From: a virus
Strand: one strand, 5' to 3'
Length of the DNA: 64,000 nucleotides
IMG/VR virus record: IMGVR_UViG_3300025280_000026
Location: 1-64,000 of that record
The notes beneath the pieces were generated by a model, which was given only the letters and a program-made list of their open reading frames with translations, was not told the DNA's origin and did no database searches. Position 1 is the first letter of the stretch, and each line of letters starts with the position of its first letter. The position numbers and the translations under genes are program-made. This document shows, piece after piece, positions 29,123 to 38,957 of the stretch.

Positions 29123-30880
29123 ATGTCTGTTTTGCAAAAGTTGACTGAAGGTCTTGTTAAACGTGATCTCCAGAAGGAAGGTGCTGCTCTCATGGATAAA
29201 TGGGAAGCCACAGGTCTTCTTGAGGGTCTTAACAGTGACCACAATAAAAATACAATGGCTCGCTTGCTTGAAAACCAAGCTTCTGAGCTACTTAGAGAGG
29301 CCAGCTCAATGGCAGCTGGTGACGTCGAAGGTTTTGCTTCCGTAGCATTCCCTATCGTTCGTCGTGTCTTTGGCGGTCTTATCGCCAATGATCTTGTTTC
29401 CGTCCAACCGATGAGCTTGCCTTCGGGCCTCATCTTCTTCATGGACTTCACATACAACGATGGCCGACTCGGCGTCGACTCTGGAGATTCCCTCTACGGT
29501 GGAGGCGTTGTTGGTAAAAACATCATCAGCGGTACATCGGATATCACTGAAGCAGGCGGCGGGTTCTATAACCTTGCCAACCACTATTCTTCGGTTACCG
29601 CTTCCGCCGACGTCACCGTGAGCGCTCACGCAACGTCGGGCGACGTCCCGGGCGCTACAGGTGTGGATGTTTCTGCATTCACCGAAGCCCATAAGAAAGA
29701 TGTACGTTTTGATGCGGATTTGCTGGCCAACACATCTTACAATGTGCGCCATTACACCATCGATGCTGACGAAGATCTCGAAGGTCTTAATCATGATGCT
29801 CTCGGAGCTATTAATTGGACTAATTTGGGCGACACAACTAATGATAGTGTTGTTCGTCGTTTGACCAAATACGTTCGTAGCACAGGCCTGGTTCACCTCT
29901 ATGTCCAAGCTACTGACGGCGCCGGGACCGACGATGCCGGAGGTTCTAAAACAATTGTTTATCCAGTTAAGGATACTTTTAACAAAAGCAACCTTGGTGC
30001 TGTTGTTGGTTCAACCCCGTGGGGACTTGAAGCTGCTGATAATAGCTTCCGTCAATCTGACAACGTTGACTGGGATCAAAATAGTGGCGCCGGCGACAAG
30101 AACAGGATTCCTGAGATTGACATCAAGGTCGACAGCGTGTCTGTCACCGCGATGACCAAAAAGCTCAAGGCCAAATGGACGCCTGAGCTTGGGCAAGATC
30201 TCAATGCTTACCACAACCTCGACGCGGAAGTTGAGCTTACCTCGATTCTTTCTGAGCAGATTGCTCTTGAAATCGATCGTGAGATTCTCAACGACCTCGT
30301 TCAAGGTGCAACCGCTGGTACGTATTACTGGTCTCGTTCACCTGGTTTATTTGTCGATAAGACAGCTGGTACCGAGCTTGGTGCTACTGCTGCTGCCCCG
30401 GATTTCACCGGTACAGTTAGTGAGTGGTATGAGACACTTGTTGAGACAGTCAACGATGTGTCGGCTCAAATTCACCGTAAGACTCTTCGCGGTGGAGCCA
30501 ATTTCCTCGTGACTTCACCAGAGGTTGCCAATATTCTTGAGTTTACTTCTGGTTTCCGCGCTAGTGTTACAGCTGATGCCGATCGTGGTGTCGTAGGTGC
30601 GGTTAAGACAGGTGCGCTTAGTAAGAAATGGGACGTTTACGTCGATCCTTACTTCCCGCGTAATCTTGTTCTTGTTGGTCGCAAGGGAGGAAGCTTCCTT
30701 GAGAGCGGTTATGTATACGCTCCTTACGTGCCCCTGCAAGTCACGCCTACCATCTTTGGTACGGAAGACTTCACGCCACGCAAGGGTGTGATGACCCGCT
30801 ACGCAAAGCAGATGGTCCGTCCTGATATGTACGGTCTCGTCGTGGTTCGCGGATTACTTGGTGAGTCTGGCGCAAGCTAG
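29123..30880 (+). CDS. gp23: Major capsid protein (T4 gp23-like)
   Basis: KWEATGLLEG, VSVQPMSLPSGLIF, KKLKAKWTPELGQDL.AYH..DAE.EL, YAPYVPL, PRKGVMTRY. Confidence 0.97.
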   Translation: MSVLQKLTEGLVKRDLQKEGAALMDKWEATGLLEGLNSDHNKNTMARLLENQASELLREASSMAAGDVEGFASVAFPIVRRVFGGLIANDLVSVQPMSLPSGLIFFMDFTYNDGRLGVDSGDSLYGGGVVGKNIISGTSDITEAGGGFYNLANHYSSVTASADVTVSAHATSGDVPGATGVDVSAFTEAHKKDVRFDADLLANTSYNVRHYTIDADEDLEGLNHDALGAINWTNLGDTTNDSVVRRLTKYVRSTGLVHLYVQATDGAGTDDAGGSKTIVYPVKDTFNKSNLGAVVGSTPWGLEAADNSFRQSDNVDWDQNSGAGDKNRIPEIDIKVDSVSVTAMTKKLKAKWTPELGQDLNAYHNLDAEVELTSILSEQIALEIDREILNDLVQGATAGTYYWSRSPGLFVDKTAGTELGATAAAPDFTGTVSEWYETLVETVNDVSAQIHRKTLRGGANFLVTSPEVANILEFTSGFRASVTADADRGVVGAVKTGALSKKWDVYVDPYFPRNLVLVGRKGGSFLESGYVYAPYVPLQVTPTIFGTEDFTPRKGVMTRYAKQMVRPDMYGLVVVRGLLGESGAS

Positions 30881-30899
30881 TCATTAAGTGACACATATT

Positions 30900-30928
30900 A
30901 AGCCCCACCTTCGGGTGGGGCTTTTTTT
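30900..30928 (+). terminator. Intrinsic terminator with cUUCGg tetraloop
   Basis: AAGCCCCACC-TTCG-GGTGGGGCTT followed by T run. Confidence 0.95.
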
Positions 30929-31010
30929 GATTTAATTGGATTTAACAAATCCAACAAACTATTTACTACTGATTGATAAGGCAGAAAGCCCTTTAAAAGG
31001 AGAAACGAAC

Positions 31011-31442
31011 ATGAGTAAATTAGGAAGATATTCAGCAGACAGAAAAAAGGTACAAAGTCTAACTGCGGCTTATACCGTTACAAAAGCCGATTGCGGAACA
31101 ATTTTTGTGCTTAACCTTGCAGCTGGTTTTACCGTCACTTTACCGACCGTCGCTGACGCCGGCAAAGGCTGGTGGTGTAAGTTTATTGTTGGCACCAATT
31201 GCTCAAGCGGTAATTATATTATCACGGAAGCTACCGCAACTGATACTAACGTATTAGTCACACAAATTAATGAGCTGGAAACCGATACCAACGACGACGG
31301 ACCCAGTAGCACGGGTCATACGACTATTACTTTGCCCAACGCCACTGACACTGTGGGTGATATGATAGAGGTTGTTTGTGATGGAAGTAATTTTTACTGC
31401 CACGGACAGACCGCTCTCGATGGCGGCGCTGCCCTAGCTTAA
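31011..31442 (+). CDS. Head decoration/fibre-like protein
   Basis: ATG 31011 with AAAGGAG SD (track start 30936); ACTATTTA at 30958; YTVTKADCG...TVTLP. Confidence 0.6.
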   Translation: MSKLGRYSADRKKVQSLTAAYTVTKADCGTIFVLNLAAGFTVTLPTVADAGKGWWCKFIVGTNCSSGNYIITEATATDTNVLVTQINELETDTNDDGPSSTGHTTITLPNATDTVGDMIEVVCDGSNFYCHGQTALDGGAALA

Positions 31443-31471
31443 TAGATAATAAAGACCTTATCAAAAACATC

Positions 31472-31505
31472 AAGCCTCGTGTTCTTATTGAACATGGGGT
31501 TTTTT
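31472..31505 (+). terminator. Intrinsic terminator
   Basis: GCCTCGTGTTC-TTATT-GAACATGGGGT (G-U pairs) followed by T run. Confidence 0.7.
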
Positions 31506-31545
31506 GTTGTGTTATACTATTTATTATCAACCAAGGAGGCCTAAA

Positions 31546-31935
31546 ATGGGCAAACGTAGAAGAAGACTTCATAGTCCAAAATACGCTAAGAAATACGCCA
31601 AGGTAAGAGAAACTTATAATCGTTTAAGAGGCGTTGTAACAGCTGCAGAAGCTGATGGTGTAGTGACACCCGAAGAAGTAAAAGTAATTGAAGAAGTTAA
31701 ACAGGAAGTTGTTGAAGCAGTAGCAGAAATTAAAGCCGAACCAGTCGTTGAAGTCAAACCAAAACCAGTTGTTGAAGTCAAACCAAAACCAGTTGTTGAA
31801 GTCAAACCAAAACCAGTTGTTCAGGCCCCTAAAAAATCTTTATTCTCAAGAACAACAAAAAAAGCGTCTGCAAGAAAAGCACCCGCAAGAAAAAAAGCTG
31901 CAAAAGTAACTAAGAAGTCTTCCATTAAGGAATGA
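31546..31935 (+). CDS. Basic-acidic-basic low-complexity protein with histone H1-like Lys/Ala tail
   Basis: AAGGAGG SD, ATG 31546 (track start 31504); ACTATTTA 31516; KKASARKAPARKKAAK. Confidence 0.65.
   Translation: MGKRRRRLHSPKYAKKYAKVRETYNRLRGVVTAAEADGVVTPEEVKVIEEVKQEVVEAVAEIKAEPVVEVKPKPVVEVKPKPVVEVKPKPVVQAPKKSLFSRTTKKASARKAPARKKAAKVTKKSSIKE
31741..31821 (+). repeat. 24-bp tandem repeat x3.4 (PVVEVKPK)
   Basis: CCAGTYGTTGAAGTCAAACCAAAA units. Confidence 0.95.
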
Positions 31936-31987
31936 TATGGGTTTTCCCTTCATGAGAACTAATTACTCTTGATAGGAGAACTTATGA

Positions 31988-33286
31988 ATGGCTGTACCTA
32001 CTTTAACACCGAAAAGACAATCAAGCGCAGTGATTTTGCCATCAACAGGGACGATTGATGACGCAAAAACTTCAACGAACTATGCCTTTGGTATTTATTC
32101 TATAGTTGGCCAACCCCTGTATGATGATAATTTTGTCCATGGCGCCGTCGATCAAATATCCTATACCTATAAAAAACTTGGTGGCGATGTACTTGATATT
32201 GAATTAACACCAGGCAATATTTATACAGCATATGAAGAAGCTGTACTAGAATATTCTTATATTGTTAATATTCATCAAGCCAAAAATGCTTTGCCAAGTA
32301 TGCTGGGCGCTACAACTGGTACTTTCGACCATGACGGCAATCTTTCTGGAGAGGACGGGAGTGCTTTACTTGCTAGTTTAGATGGAAAAAGAATAGAACT
32401 ATCTTATCCAAAGTATAAATTTACTTATTGGAAAAGAGTTTCAGAGGGTTTTTCTACAGAAGCCAACATTGGCGGAACAGAAACAATTAGATCTGCTTCT
32501 TTCTCTGTCTCAACTGATGTACAAGATTACGATTTACAATCCATTTTAACAGGAACTCTTGGAGGAGCCGGCGAATTATTAGAAAAAAACAAAAAAGTTT
32601 CAATTAAGAGAGTTTTTTACAAGACACCTCATGCTATGTGGAGATTCTATGGTTATTACGGTGGGATCAACACGATTGGAAATTTGTCGACATATGGAAT
32701 GTATTCAGATGATTCCACATTTGAAGTAATCCCCGCGTGGCAAAATAAATTACAGGCCATGGCCTATGAGGATGCAATTTATACTAGAAATTCTCATTAT
32801 TCTTACGAGATTAAAAACAACAAGTTAAGAATATTTCCAGCCCCGGTTGGAAACTCAGCGAGCAAATTTTGGTTTGAATATGTCGTCCAAACAGATCCTT
32901 GGGATGAGGACGCCTCATCTGGAGGAAAAGCAAATACCGATGGTGTTAACAACATGAACACGCTTCCCTTTTCCAACATTCCTTATAAAAATATTAACTC
33001 TATTGGCAAGCAGTGGATCCGCAGGTTCGCCCTATCTCTCACAAAAGGCATGCTTGGTCAAGTGAGAGGCAAATTTGCTTCGATACCCATACCAGGAAAC
33101 GACCTCACGCTCAATGCTAGTGAATTATTATCCCAAGCACAAAATGAACAACAGGTTCTTAGAGAAGAATTGAAAACAACGCTCGATGAACTGACATACA
33201 AACAAATAGTCAGTGATCAAGCAACTATGTCAAATCAAGTTACCGAAACAAATAAACATATACCGATGGGTATATATCATGGCTAA
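31988..33286 (+). CDS. Neck/head-tail adaptor (gp13-like)
   Basis: LGG.VLDIELT, WIRRFAL.L.K.MLG.VRGKF..IP.PG..LTLN..EL; synteny; ACTAATTA 31958. Confidence 0.8.
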   Translation: MAVPTLTPKRQSSAVILPSTGTIDDAKTSTNYAFGIYSIVGQPLYDDNFVHGAVDQISYTYKKLGGDVLDIELTPGNIYTAYEEAVLEYSYIVNIHQAKNALPSMLGATTGTFDHDGNLSGEDGSALLASLDGKRIELSYPKYKFTYWKRVSEGFSTEANIGGTETIRSASFSVSTDVQDYDLQSILTGTLGGAGELLEKNKKVSIKRVFYKTPHAMWRFYGYYGGINTIGNLSTYGMYSDDSTFEVIPAWQNKLQAMAYEDAIYTRNSHYSYEIKNNKLRIFPAPVGNSASKFWFEYVVQTDPWDEDASSGGKANTDGVNNMNTLPFSNIPYKNINSIGKQWIRRFALSLTKGMLGQVRGKFASIPIPGNDLTLNASELLSQAQNEQQVLREELKTTLDELTYKQIVSDQATMSNQVTETNKHIPMGIYHG

Positions 33287-33299
33287 AAGGAGAGTGTAA

Positions 33300-33791
33300 A
33301 TGGCTACCGATAATAAATGGAAGCAGCCAAAGTCGCCTCCACCACCCTTGTTTGCCGGTGAAAAAGAACGCGACTTGGTTAAACAAGTTAATGATGAATT
33401 GATAGAGCGTGTCATCGGCCAACAAATATTATATTATCCGATTGATATGGAAACAACAAATTTTCACCCTCTTTATGGCGAAGCACTTAGCAAAAGCTTT
33501 TTGCCGCCAATAAGAGTTCATGCTTTAATTGATTTTGAAGGGTTCCAAACTACAACAGAAACTTATGGGTTAGATAAAGATGCCAGTATAACTGTACATT
33601 TTCACAAACGCCGACTAACCGAAGACCAAAATCTATATGTCCGTGAAGGCGATTTTGTTCTCTATGGACAACAATATTATAAAATTGTTTCGCTGGCGGA
33701 ACCAAGAGAATTATTTGGTCAAGCAGACAAAAGAGTAGAAATTTCAGCCAAATGTATTAAGGTAAGGGAGGGAATGTTCGATGCCAACTAA
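33300..33791 (+). CDS. Head closure/neck protein (gp14-like)
   Basis: ELIE..IGQ..LYY, LYGEA..K.F..P, EGDFV; synteny. Confidence 0.75.
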   Translation: MATDNKWKQPKSPPPPLFAGEKERDLVKQVNDELIERVIGQQILYYPIDMETTNFHPLYGEALSKSFLPPIRVHALIDFEGFQTTTETYGLDKDASITVHFHKRRLTEDQNLYVREGDFVLYGQQYYKIVSLAEPRELFGQADKRVEISAKCIKVREGMFDAN

Positions 33792-34659
33792 TGAAGCTGA
33801 AATACCTTTTGGACCATCAACTATCGAGACAATAGATTATGCGGTATTTAATTGGGTTAACGATCTACTAGATATTCATTCTGAAACAAACAAAGGTTTC
33901 AAAAAAGTACCGGTGATCTGGGTCTCGGCTGAAAGATCATTTCAAATAAAAAATGATATTGATTTACGGGAAAAAACAGGTGTTTTCTCTTTCCCGGTGA
34001 TCACACTAGAAAGAACAAATATGGTTAAATCTTTGAATTCCAAAGGCGCCATCTATGGAAATGTCTATCCAGTTGATGATAATAAAGGCGGATCAATAGC
34101 CATAACAAAACAGATTAATCAATATAAAAGCAGCAATTTTATCAATGCCGATTCTGGCCGAAGTACATCAGATCCATATCATAAATCAAGAAGAACGGGT
34201 GTTAGATACGCTATTAAAACAGAACAAAAACCAAAAATTGTGTATGAGACAATAACAATTCCCATTCCAGTTTATGTTAACGTATCTTATACTATTGGTA
34301 TAAAAGCAGAATACCAACAACAATTTAATGAAATTATAACTCCTTTTATGACCCGACCTTCTGGTTTAAATTATGTATCCTTGAACCACGAAAGACACGT
34401 TTTCGAGGGCTTCTTAGGAGAAAATTTTTCACAAACAAGCAATGCTGGCGCCCTCGCCGAAGAAGAAAGAAGATATGAAAGCAATGTTGATTTTAGAGTG
34501 CTTGGGTACCTCATTGGAGACGACAAGAATCAAATAACGCCGAGAGTAGTCCGAAGACAAAACTTTGTGGATGTTAAGATCCCTCGGGAACATGTGATTC
34601 TTGGTGACATTCCAGAACACACCGGGTCTCTGAGCAGCGAACCTTTCTACAGAGAATAA
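33781..34659 (+). CDS. Tail terminator/sheath stabiliser (gp15-like)
   Basis: KVPVIW...ER, P.I.LER, P.PV.V.VSY.I; synteny. Confidence 0.7.
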   Translation: MPTNEAEIPFGPSTIETIDYAVFNWVNDLLDIHSETNKGFKKVPVIWVSAERSFQIKNDIDLREKTGVFSFPVITLERTNMVKSLNSKGAIYGNVYPVDDNKGGSIAITKQINQYKSSNFINADSGRSTSDPYHKSRRTGVRYAIKTEQKPKIVYETITIPIPVYVNVSYTIGIKAEYQQQFNEIITPFMTRPSGLNYVSLNHERHVFEGFLGENFSQTSNAGALAEEERRYESNVDFRVLGYLIGDDKNQITPRVVRRQNFVDVKIPREHVILGDIPEHTGSLSSEPFYRE

Positions 34660-34769
34660 GATTGCTAAAAGATGGAGTTTTGAGTTTAAAATTACTATTT
34701 ATTAAAGAAGTTAGTATTAATCTAAACTCTATTGAAACACCAAGTTTCGCATAAATAGGAGAAAAATCC

Positions 34770-37700
34770 ATGGCTGAGAAAAAGTTTAAATTCGTATCTC
34801 CAGGAATCTTTGTCGACGAAATCGATGATTCTGGTATACCAAATTCAGGTGGAGACATTGGACCTGTCATTGTCGGCAGATCCACAAGGGGCCCGGGCAT
34901 GCGCCCAACAAGAATCGAATCTTTTTCTGAATTCGTTCAAACATTTGGTGCACCCACACCAGGCAATGATACAGAAAAAGATGTTTGGAGAAGCAATAAC
35001 CCCGCTGGCCCAACATACGCCGCTTACGGCGCTCAAGCGTGGCTAAAAAATAACAGACCTCTTACTTTCGTGCGATTAATGGGAGAAGAACACCCCTCGG
35101 CTGCAACTGCGGGGAAAGCCGGATTTAAAACAACCAATACGTTCAACAACACTAATTCTAGCAATGGTGGAGCTTACGGTCTTTTCTTAATTAATTCGTC
35201 TTCGATTCAAGGCGATCAACAAAGCTCGCCAGGAAATTTCCCAACTGGTACATTAGCTGCCATATGGTATTTGCAAGCCGGCGCCATGGCCCTTACTGGT
35301 AATGTACCAGTCGGAGCGCTTGGAGGTGACGATGATGTCATCGCCACTGTAGCGCACTCCAGCCCAACAGCTTCTGTCGGTGGTTTTATTCAAAATGCAG
35401 CGTCTAATGAGTGGACAATTATTCTTAATGACGGCACCGACACCGACGCCGGCGCGGGCACCTGTACAGGTAAGAAATATACTTTTAACTTTGACAGAAA
35501 CAGCTCAAAGTTTATTCGAACCGTCTTTAACACAAATCCAGTCCTAACTAATTCAAACATCGCTAGCACACAGCAAAAATACTGGCTTGGTGAAACTTTC
35601 GAAGGATCCGTCGCTAAATATATTACAAGCGGCTCTGGCGCCGGGACAGTGTTTGGTTTCATCGCAGGATTGGGTACATCCGATACTGTAGGACACCATC
35701 ACCGACAAATGCCGGCACAGCCTTCAAAAACTGGTTGGTTTATCTCCCAGGATTCTAGAGCAACATACACTGATTACACGGCAGATGGCACGACTTATGT
35801 AAAGCAATTATTCAGGTTTGTTTCCCTTGACGATGGCGAATGGTCGCAGAGCAACCTTAAAATTTCTATTGCAGATATCAAAGCACCTAGAAACAGCTAT
35901 GAAAAATATGGTTCTTTTAGCGTTCTCGTCCGCGATATTCGAGATTCTGACAACGCTCCTGGTATTGTTGAAAAATTCACCAATCTCAACTTAAATCCTT
36001 CTTCCGAAAACTTTATCTCTAAAAGAATCGGTGATCAACATTTGGTTTGGGATAGTGAACTTAGTGTTCCTGGTGGTGTCGCTCGCTACAAAATGCGTGG
36101 CGATTATCCGAATGTCTCTAGATTCTTTAGAGTTGAGCTTAATGATGAAGTTAAGCTTGGATTAGACACCCCAGAGCTTCTTCCATTTGGAGTGAGAGGG
36201 CCAATGCGCTATAAAGGCTGGTCCTTTAAAGGCCGCGACATACAGGCTTACCAAATTAATCAAAAAACTTCTGTCGCTGCCGCGGCAGCCTCGGTAGTAT
36301 TTCAATTTTCTGATAACTCCAGCGATGAGACTACATTTACATTTACAGATGCACTAGGGACGTCAGCAACGTTTGAAGTTGATCGTGTCGCCGCTGACGG
36401 CGCCTCAGTCGCTGGCGCCATCGCCATGTCAGGCTATGCAAACAGCGGAACAGGGCTTGCAACCGCGCTTGAAACCGCGCTTGATGCATCTGATCTGCGA
36501 ATTGATACAACCCGATCAACCGCAAAATTGACCCTTACAATGCAAGACGCCGGCGCCTCTGGTAATACACCGATCGTAACTGCTGGTGGGGTTGTTAATG
36601 TTGATGACTCCTCGCAAGGAGACGCTATGCCAACTCAATTCGAGGGTGGCTCTGACACCATGGGCCCAGCACACACGGCTGCTACTTTATTCCTTGAAAC
36701 CGATCCGGGAGTAGTACCTTATAAGCATGGTATACATAAAGGTGATGTCGACGGCGCCGGTAACGCCTGTGCTCCACATGCTGCTGGAAAGAATCCAATT
36801 GCACCACATAGTATCCCTGCTCACAGTGCTTCCGCAGCAGCCTATTCGGCTGTGCCAAGACAAGCGCTATCTGGAGCTTTCGTATTCCCAACAATTTCTA
36901 TGAGGTCTTCTTCATTAGATGGTAACTTAAAAGATAGAACGGATGCATTCTTCGGCGCAACCTTTAATCGCCTTGGCGAAGCAACAAAGTCTAATCTTTT
37001 TGATGAAAGCTCGATTGATGTTGTCCGAGCCCTCGCTGCGACTTATTCTAAAAACTCGTGGGATCCCCCCGCAGAAGCTACTGCAGTTGAACACGCTTGG
37101 ACATTTACTTTGGACGACCTTCAGAAAGCAACGTCGTCCGATTTCCTTGCAGCTGCATATGTTTCTGGCTCTAGAGTAAGTGGAGAATCATTTACGGCAG
37201 CTTCTGGTTCTTACCGTGAAGTTCTAAATAATGGATATGATAGATTCACAGCAGCTCTTTATGGTGGATTTAATGGCCTAGATGTAACGGAAGCCGAACC
37301 TTTTGGGAACCATAGATTAGATGATAGCACAAATGTAAAAGAGAATTACAGCTATTACTCAGTGAAAAAAGCAATTGATGCAATTGCCGATTCCGAATCA
37401 GCTGAAATGGATCTCTTGGTTGCACCTGGCATCACAAATCCAAGCATTACAGAACACATGATTAACGTGTGCGAGAATAGAGGAGACGCCTTAGCTATTA
37501 TCGATATTGAAAGCGATTACATACCTCGTTATGAGAGTAATTCTGCAGAGGCTAGCCGAATCGGTACAGTCGTTTCTGCTGTCAACACCTTTAAAGATAG
37601 AGGGCTTAACTCTAGTTACGGATGCGCTTTTTATCCATGGGTACAAGTCAGAGACTCAGCATCAGAAACTTTCCCAGGCAAACTAGTTTGGATGCCACCT

Positions 37701-38270
37701 TCGGTCGCTGCCTTGGGCACATTCTCAAGCACACAGCGAAACGCCGAGTTATGGTTTGCTCCTGCAGGCTTCAACCGAGGAGGTCTCTCTGAAGGTGTGT
37801 CTGGTCTAAATGTTGTTAACGTGCGACAAAGGTTAACTTCTGTCGATCGTGACAGGCTCTATGGCGCGAATATCAACCCCATCGCGAAATTCCCATCGGA
37901 GGGCATCGTGGTCTTTGGCCAAAAAACGCTTCAGGTCACTCCTTCCGCATTAGATAGAATCAATGTTAGGAGACTGCTCATTTTCCTTAAAAAGAGAATT
38001 TCTAGAATTTCTGCTAGCATTTTGTTTGAACCCAATGTGCAAACAACGTGGGATCGATTTTTGGGTAGAGTAAATCCCTTGTTAGAAAGCGTGAAGGCAC
38101 GATTTGGCTTGGTAGACTTTAAAGTTGTTTTGGATTCCAGCACGACTACAGATGATCTTATTGATCAAAATATCCTTTATGCTAAAGTTTTCTTGAAGCC
38201 GACTAAGGCTATTGAGTTTATCGCACTAGATTTTGTAATTACAAATACCGGTGCGTCATTCGAGGATTAA
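34770..38270 (+). CDS. gp18: Contractile tail sheath (gp18-like) with large insertion
   Basis: FVSPGIFVDEID; WFAPAGFNRG; RDRLY..NINPI; GQKTLQ..SALDRINVRRLL; KAIEFIALDF; ACTATTTA 34694. Confidence 0.95.
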   Translation: MAEKKFKFVSPGIFVDEIDDSGIPNSGGDIGPVIVGRSTRGPGMRPTRIESFSEFVQTFGAPTPGNDTEKDVWRSNNPAGPTYAAYGAQAWLKNNRPLTFVRLMGEEHPSAATAGKAGFKTTNTFNNTNSSNGGAYGLFLINSSSIQGDQQSSPGNFPTGTLAAIWYLQAGAMALTGNVPVGALGGDDDVIATVAHSSPTASVGGFIQNAASNEWTIILNDGTDTDAGAGTCTGKKYTFNFDRNSSKFIRTVFNTNPVLTNSNIASTQQKYWLGETFEGSVAKYITSGSGAGTVFGFIAGLGTSDTVGHHHRQMPAQPSKTGWFISQDSRATYTDYTADGTTYVKQLFRFVSLDDGEWSQSNLKISIADIKAPRNSYEKYGSFSVLVRDIRDSDNAPGIVEKFTNLNLNPSSENFISKRIGDQHLVWDSELSVPGGVARYKMRGDYPNVSRFFRVELNDEVKLGLDTPELLPFGVRGPMRYKGWSFKGRDIQAYQINQKTSVAAAAASVVFQFSDNSSDETTFTFTDALGTSATFEVDRVAADGASVAGAIAMSGYANSGTGLATALETALDASDLRIDTTRSTAKLTLTMQDAGASGNTPIVTAGGVVNVDDSSQGDAMPTQFEGGSDTMGPAHTAATLFLETDPGVVPYKHGIHKGDVDGAGNACAPHAAGKNPIAPHSIPAHSASAAAYSAVPRQALSGAFVFPTISMRSSSLDGNLKDRTDAFFGATFNRLGEATKSNLFDESSIDVVRALAATYSKNSWDPPAEATAVEHAWTFTLDDLQKATSSDFLAAAYVSGSRVSGESFTAASGSYREVLNNGYDRFTAALYGGFNGLDVTEAEPFGNHRLDDSTNVKENYSYYSVKKAIDAIADSESAEMDLLVAPGITNPSITEHMINVCENRGDALAIIDIESDYIPRYESNSAEASRIGTVVSAVNTFKDRGLNSSYGCAFYPWVQVRDSASETFPGKLVWMPPSVAALGTFSSTQRNAELWFAPAGFNRGGLSEGVSGLNVVNVRQRLTSVDRDRLYGANINPIAKFPSEGIVVFGQKTLQVTPSALDRINVRRLLIFLKKRISRISASILFEPNVQTTWDRFLGRVNPLLESVKARFGLVDFKVVLDSSTTTDDLIDQNILYAKVFLKPTKAIEFIALDFVITNTGASFED

Positions 38271-38339
38271 TAAAAAATGGGGGTGAAATATGTTTCACCC
38301 CCTAATTAAAAGTAGAACATTTTTTGGAGGATTAATACA

Positions 38340-38888
38340 ATGGCAACAGGATATTGGGCGGATCAAGGCATACAGCCGAAAAGACAATATAAATGGATAT
38401 TACAATTTAGTGAACTAGGCAGCCAAACCGGCCTTATGTCGCTACCACAATGGATTGTTAAAACCGCTAGCAAACCCTCTTTTACCATTGGCGAATCCTC
38501 ACATTCATTTATTAATCATACTTTCCATTTCCCTGGCAAGCTCACATGGTCAGCTGTTGATGTGACCATGGTTGATCCTATCTCTCCCAACGCCTCAGAG
38601 GCACTTATGGAGGCCATCAGGGCGTCTGGCTACGCTTACCCGAATGAAAACCAGGGTAACGAATCAGCTGGTGTTTCTTTTAGCAAGGAAGCCGCCGTTG
38701 GCACTTTGGGTGAAGTAAAACTGATCCAACTTGGTAATACAATGGCGGAACGAATTGAAGAATGGGTGCTACATAATGCTTGGATCAAAGATGTTAATTT
38801 TGGTAGCCTTTCATATGATACGGAAGAGTTAACCAACATTAGTTTAACTTTACGTTATGACTGGGCCCGATTTAATAAATTAAGTTAA
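38340..38888 (+). CDS. gp19: Tail tube protein (gp19-like)
   Basis: PKRQYKW, KP.F.I, PGKLTW..V.VT.VDP, EEW.L.NAW...VNFG.L.Y, LTLRYDWA. Confidence 0.9.
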   Translation: MATGYWADQGIQPKRQYKWILQFSELGSQTGLMSLPQWIVKTASKPSFTIGESSHSFINHTFHFPGKLTWSAVDVTMVDPISPNASEALMEAIRASGYAYPNENQGNESAGVSFSKEAAVGTLGEVKLIQLGNTMAERIEEWVLHNAWIKDVNFGSLSYDTEELTNISLTLRYDWARFNKLS

Positions 38889-38897
38889 AATAAAACA

Positions 38898-38926
38898 TTA
38901 ACGCTTTGTTAAGCTTATTGTATAAT
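38898..38926 (+). promoter_or_regulatory. Sigma70-like promoter TTAACG-17-TATAAT
   Basis: Consensus -10, 17-nt spacer. Confidence 0.5.
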
Positions 38927-38957
38927 CTATTCTAGAGTTAATTTATCGAGGTGAATA

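Noticed and set aside
27926-30739. Long minus-strand ORFs (27926..28513, 29306..29908 and others across the window)
   Set aside because: Antisense shadows of strongly biased plus-strand genes; no SD, motifs or free space
31741-31821. 24-bp repeat as CRISPR or origin iterons
   Set aside because: Head-to-tail with no spacers, in frame within a CDS
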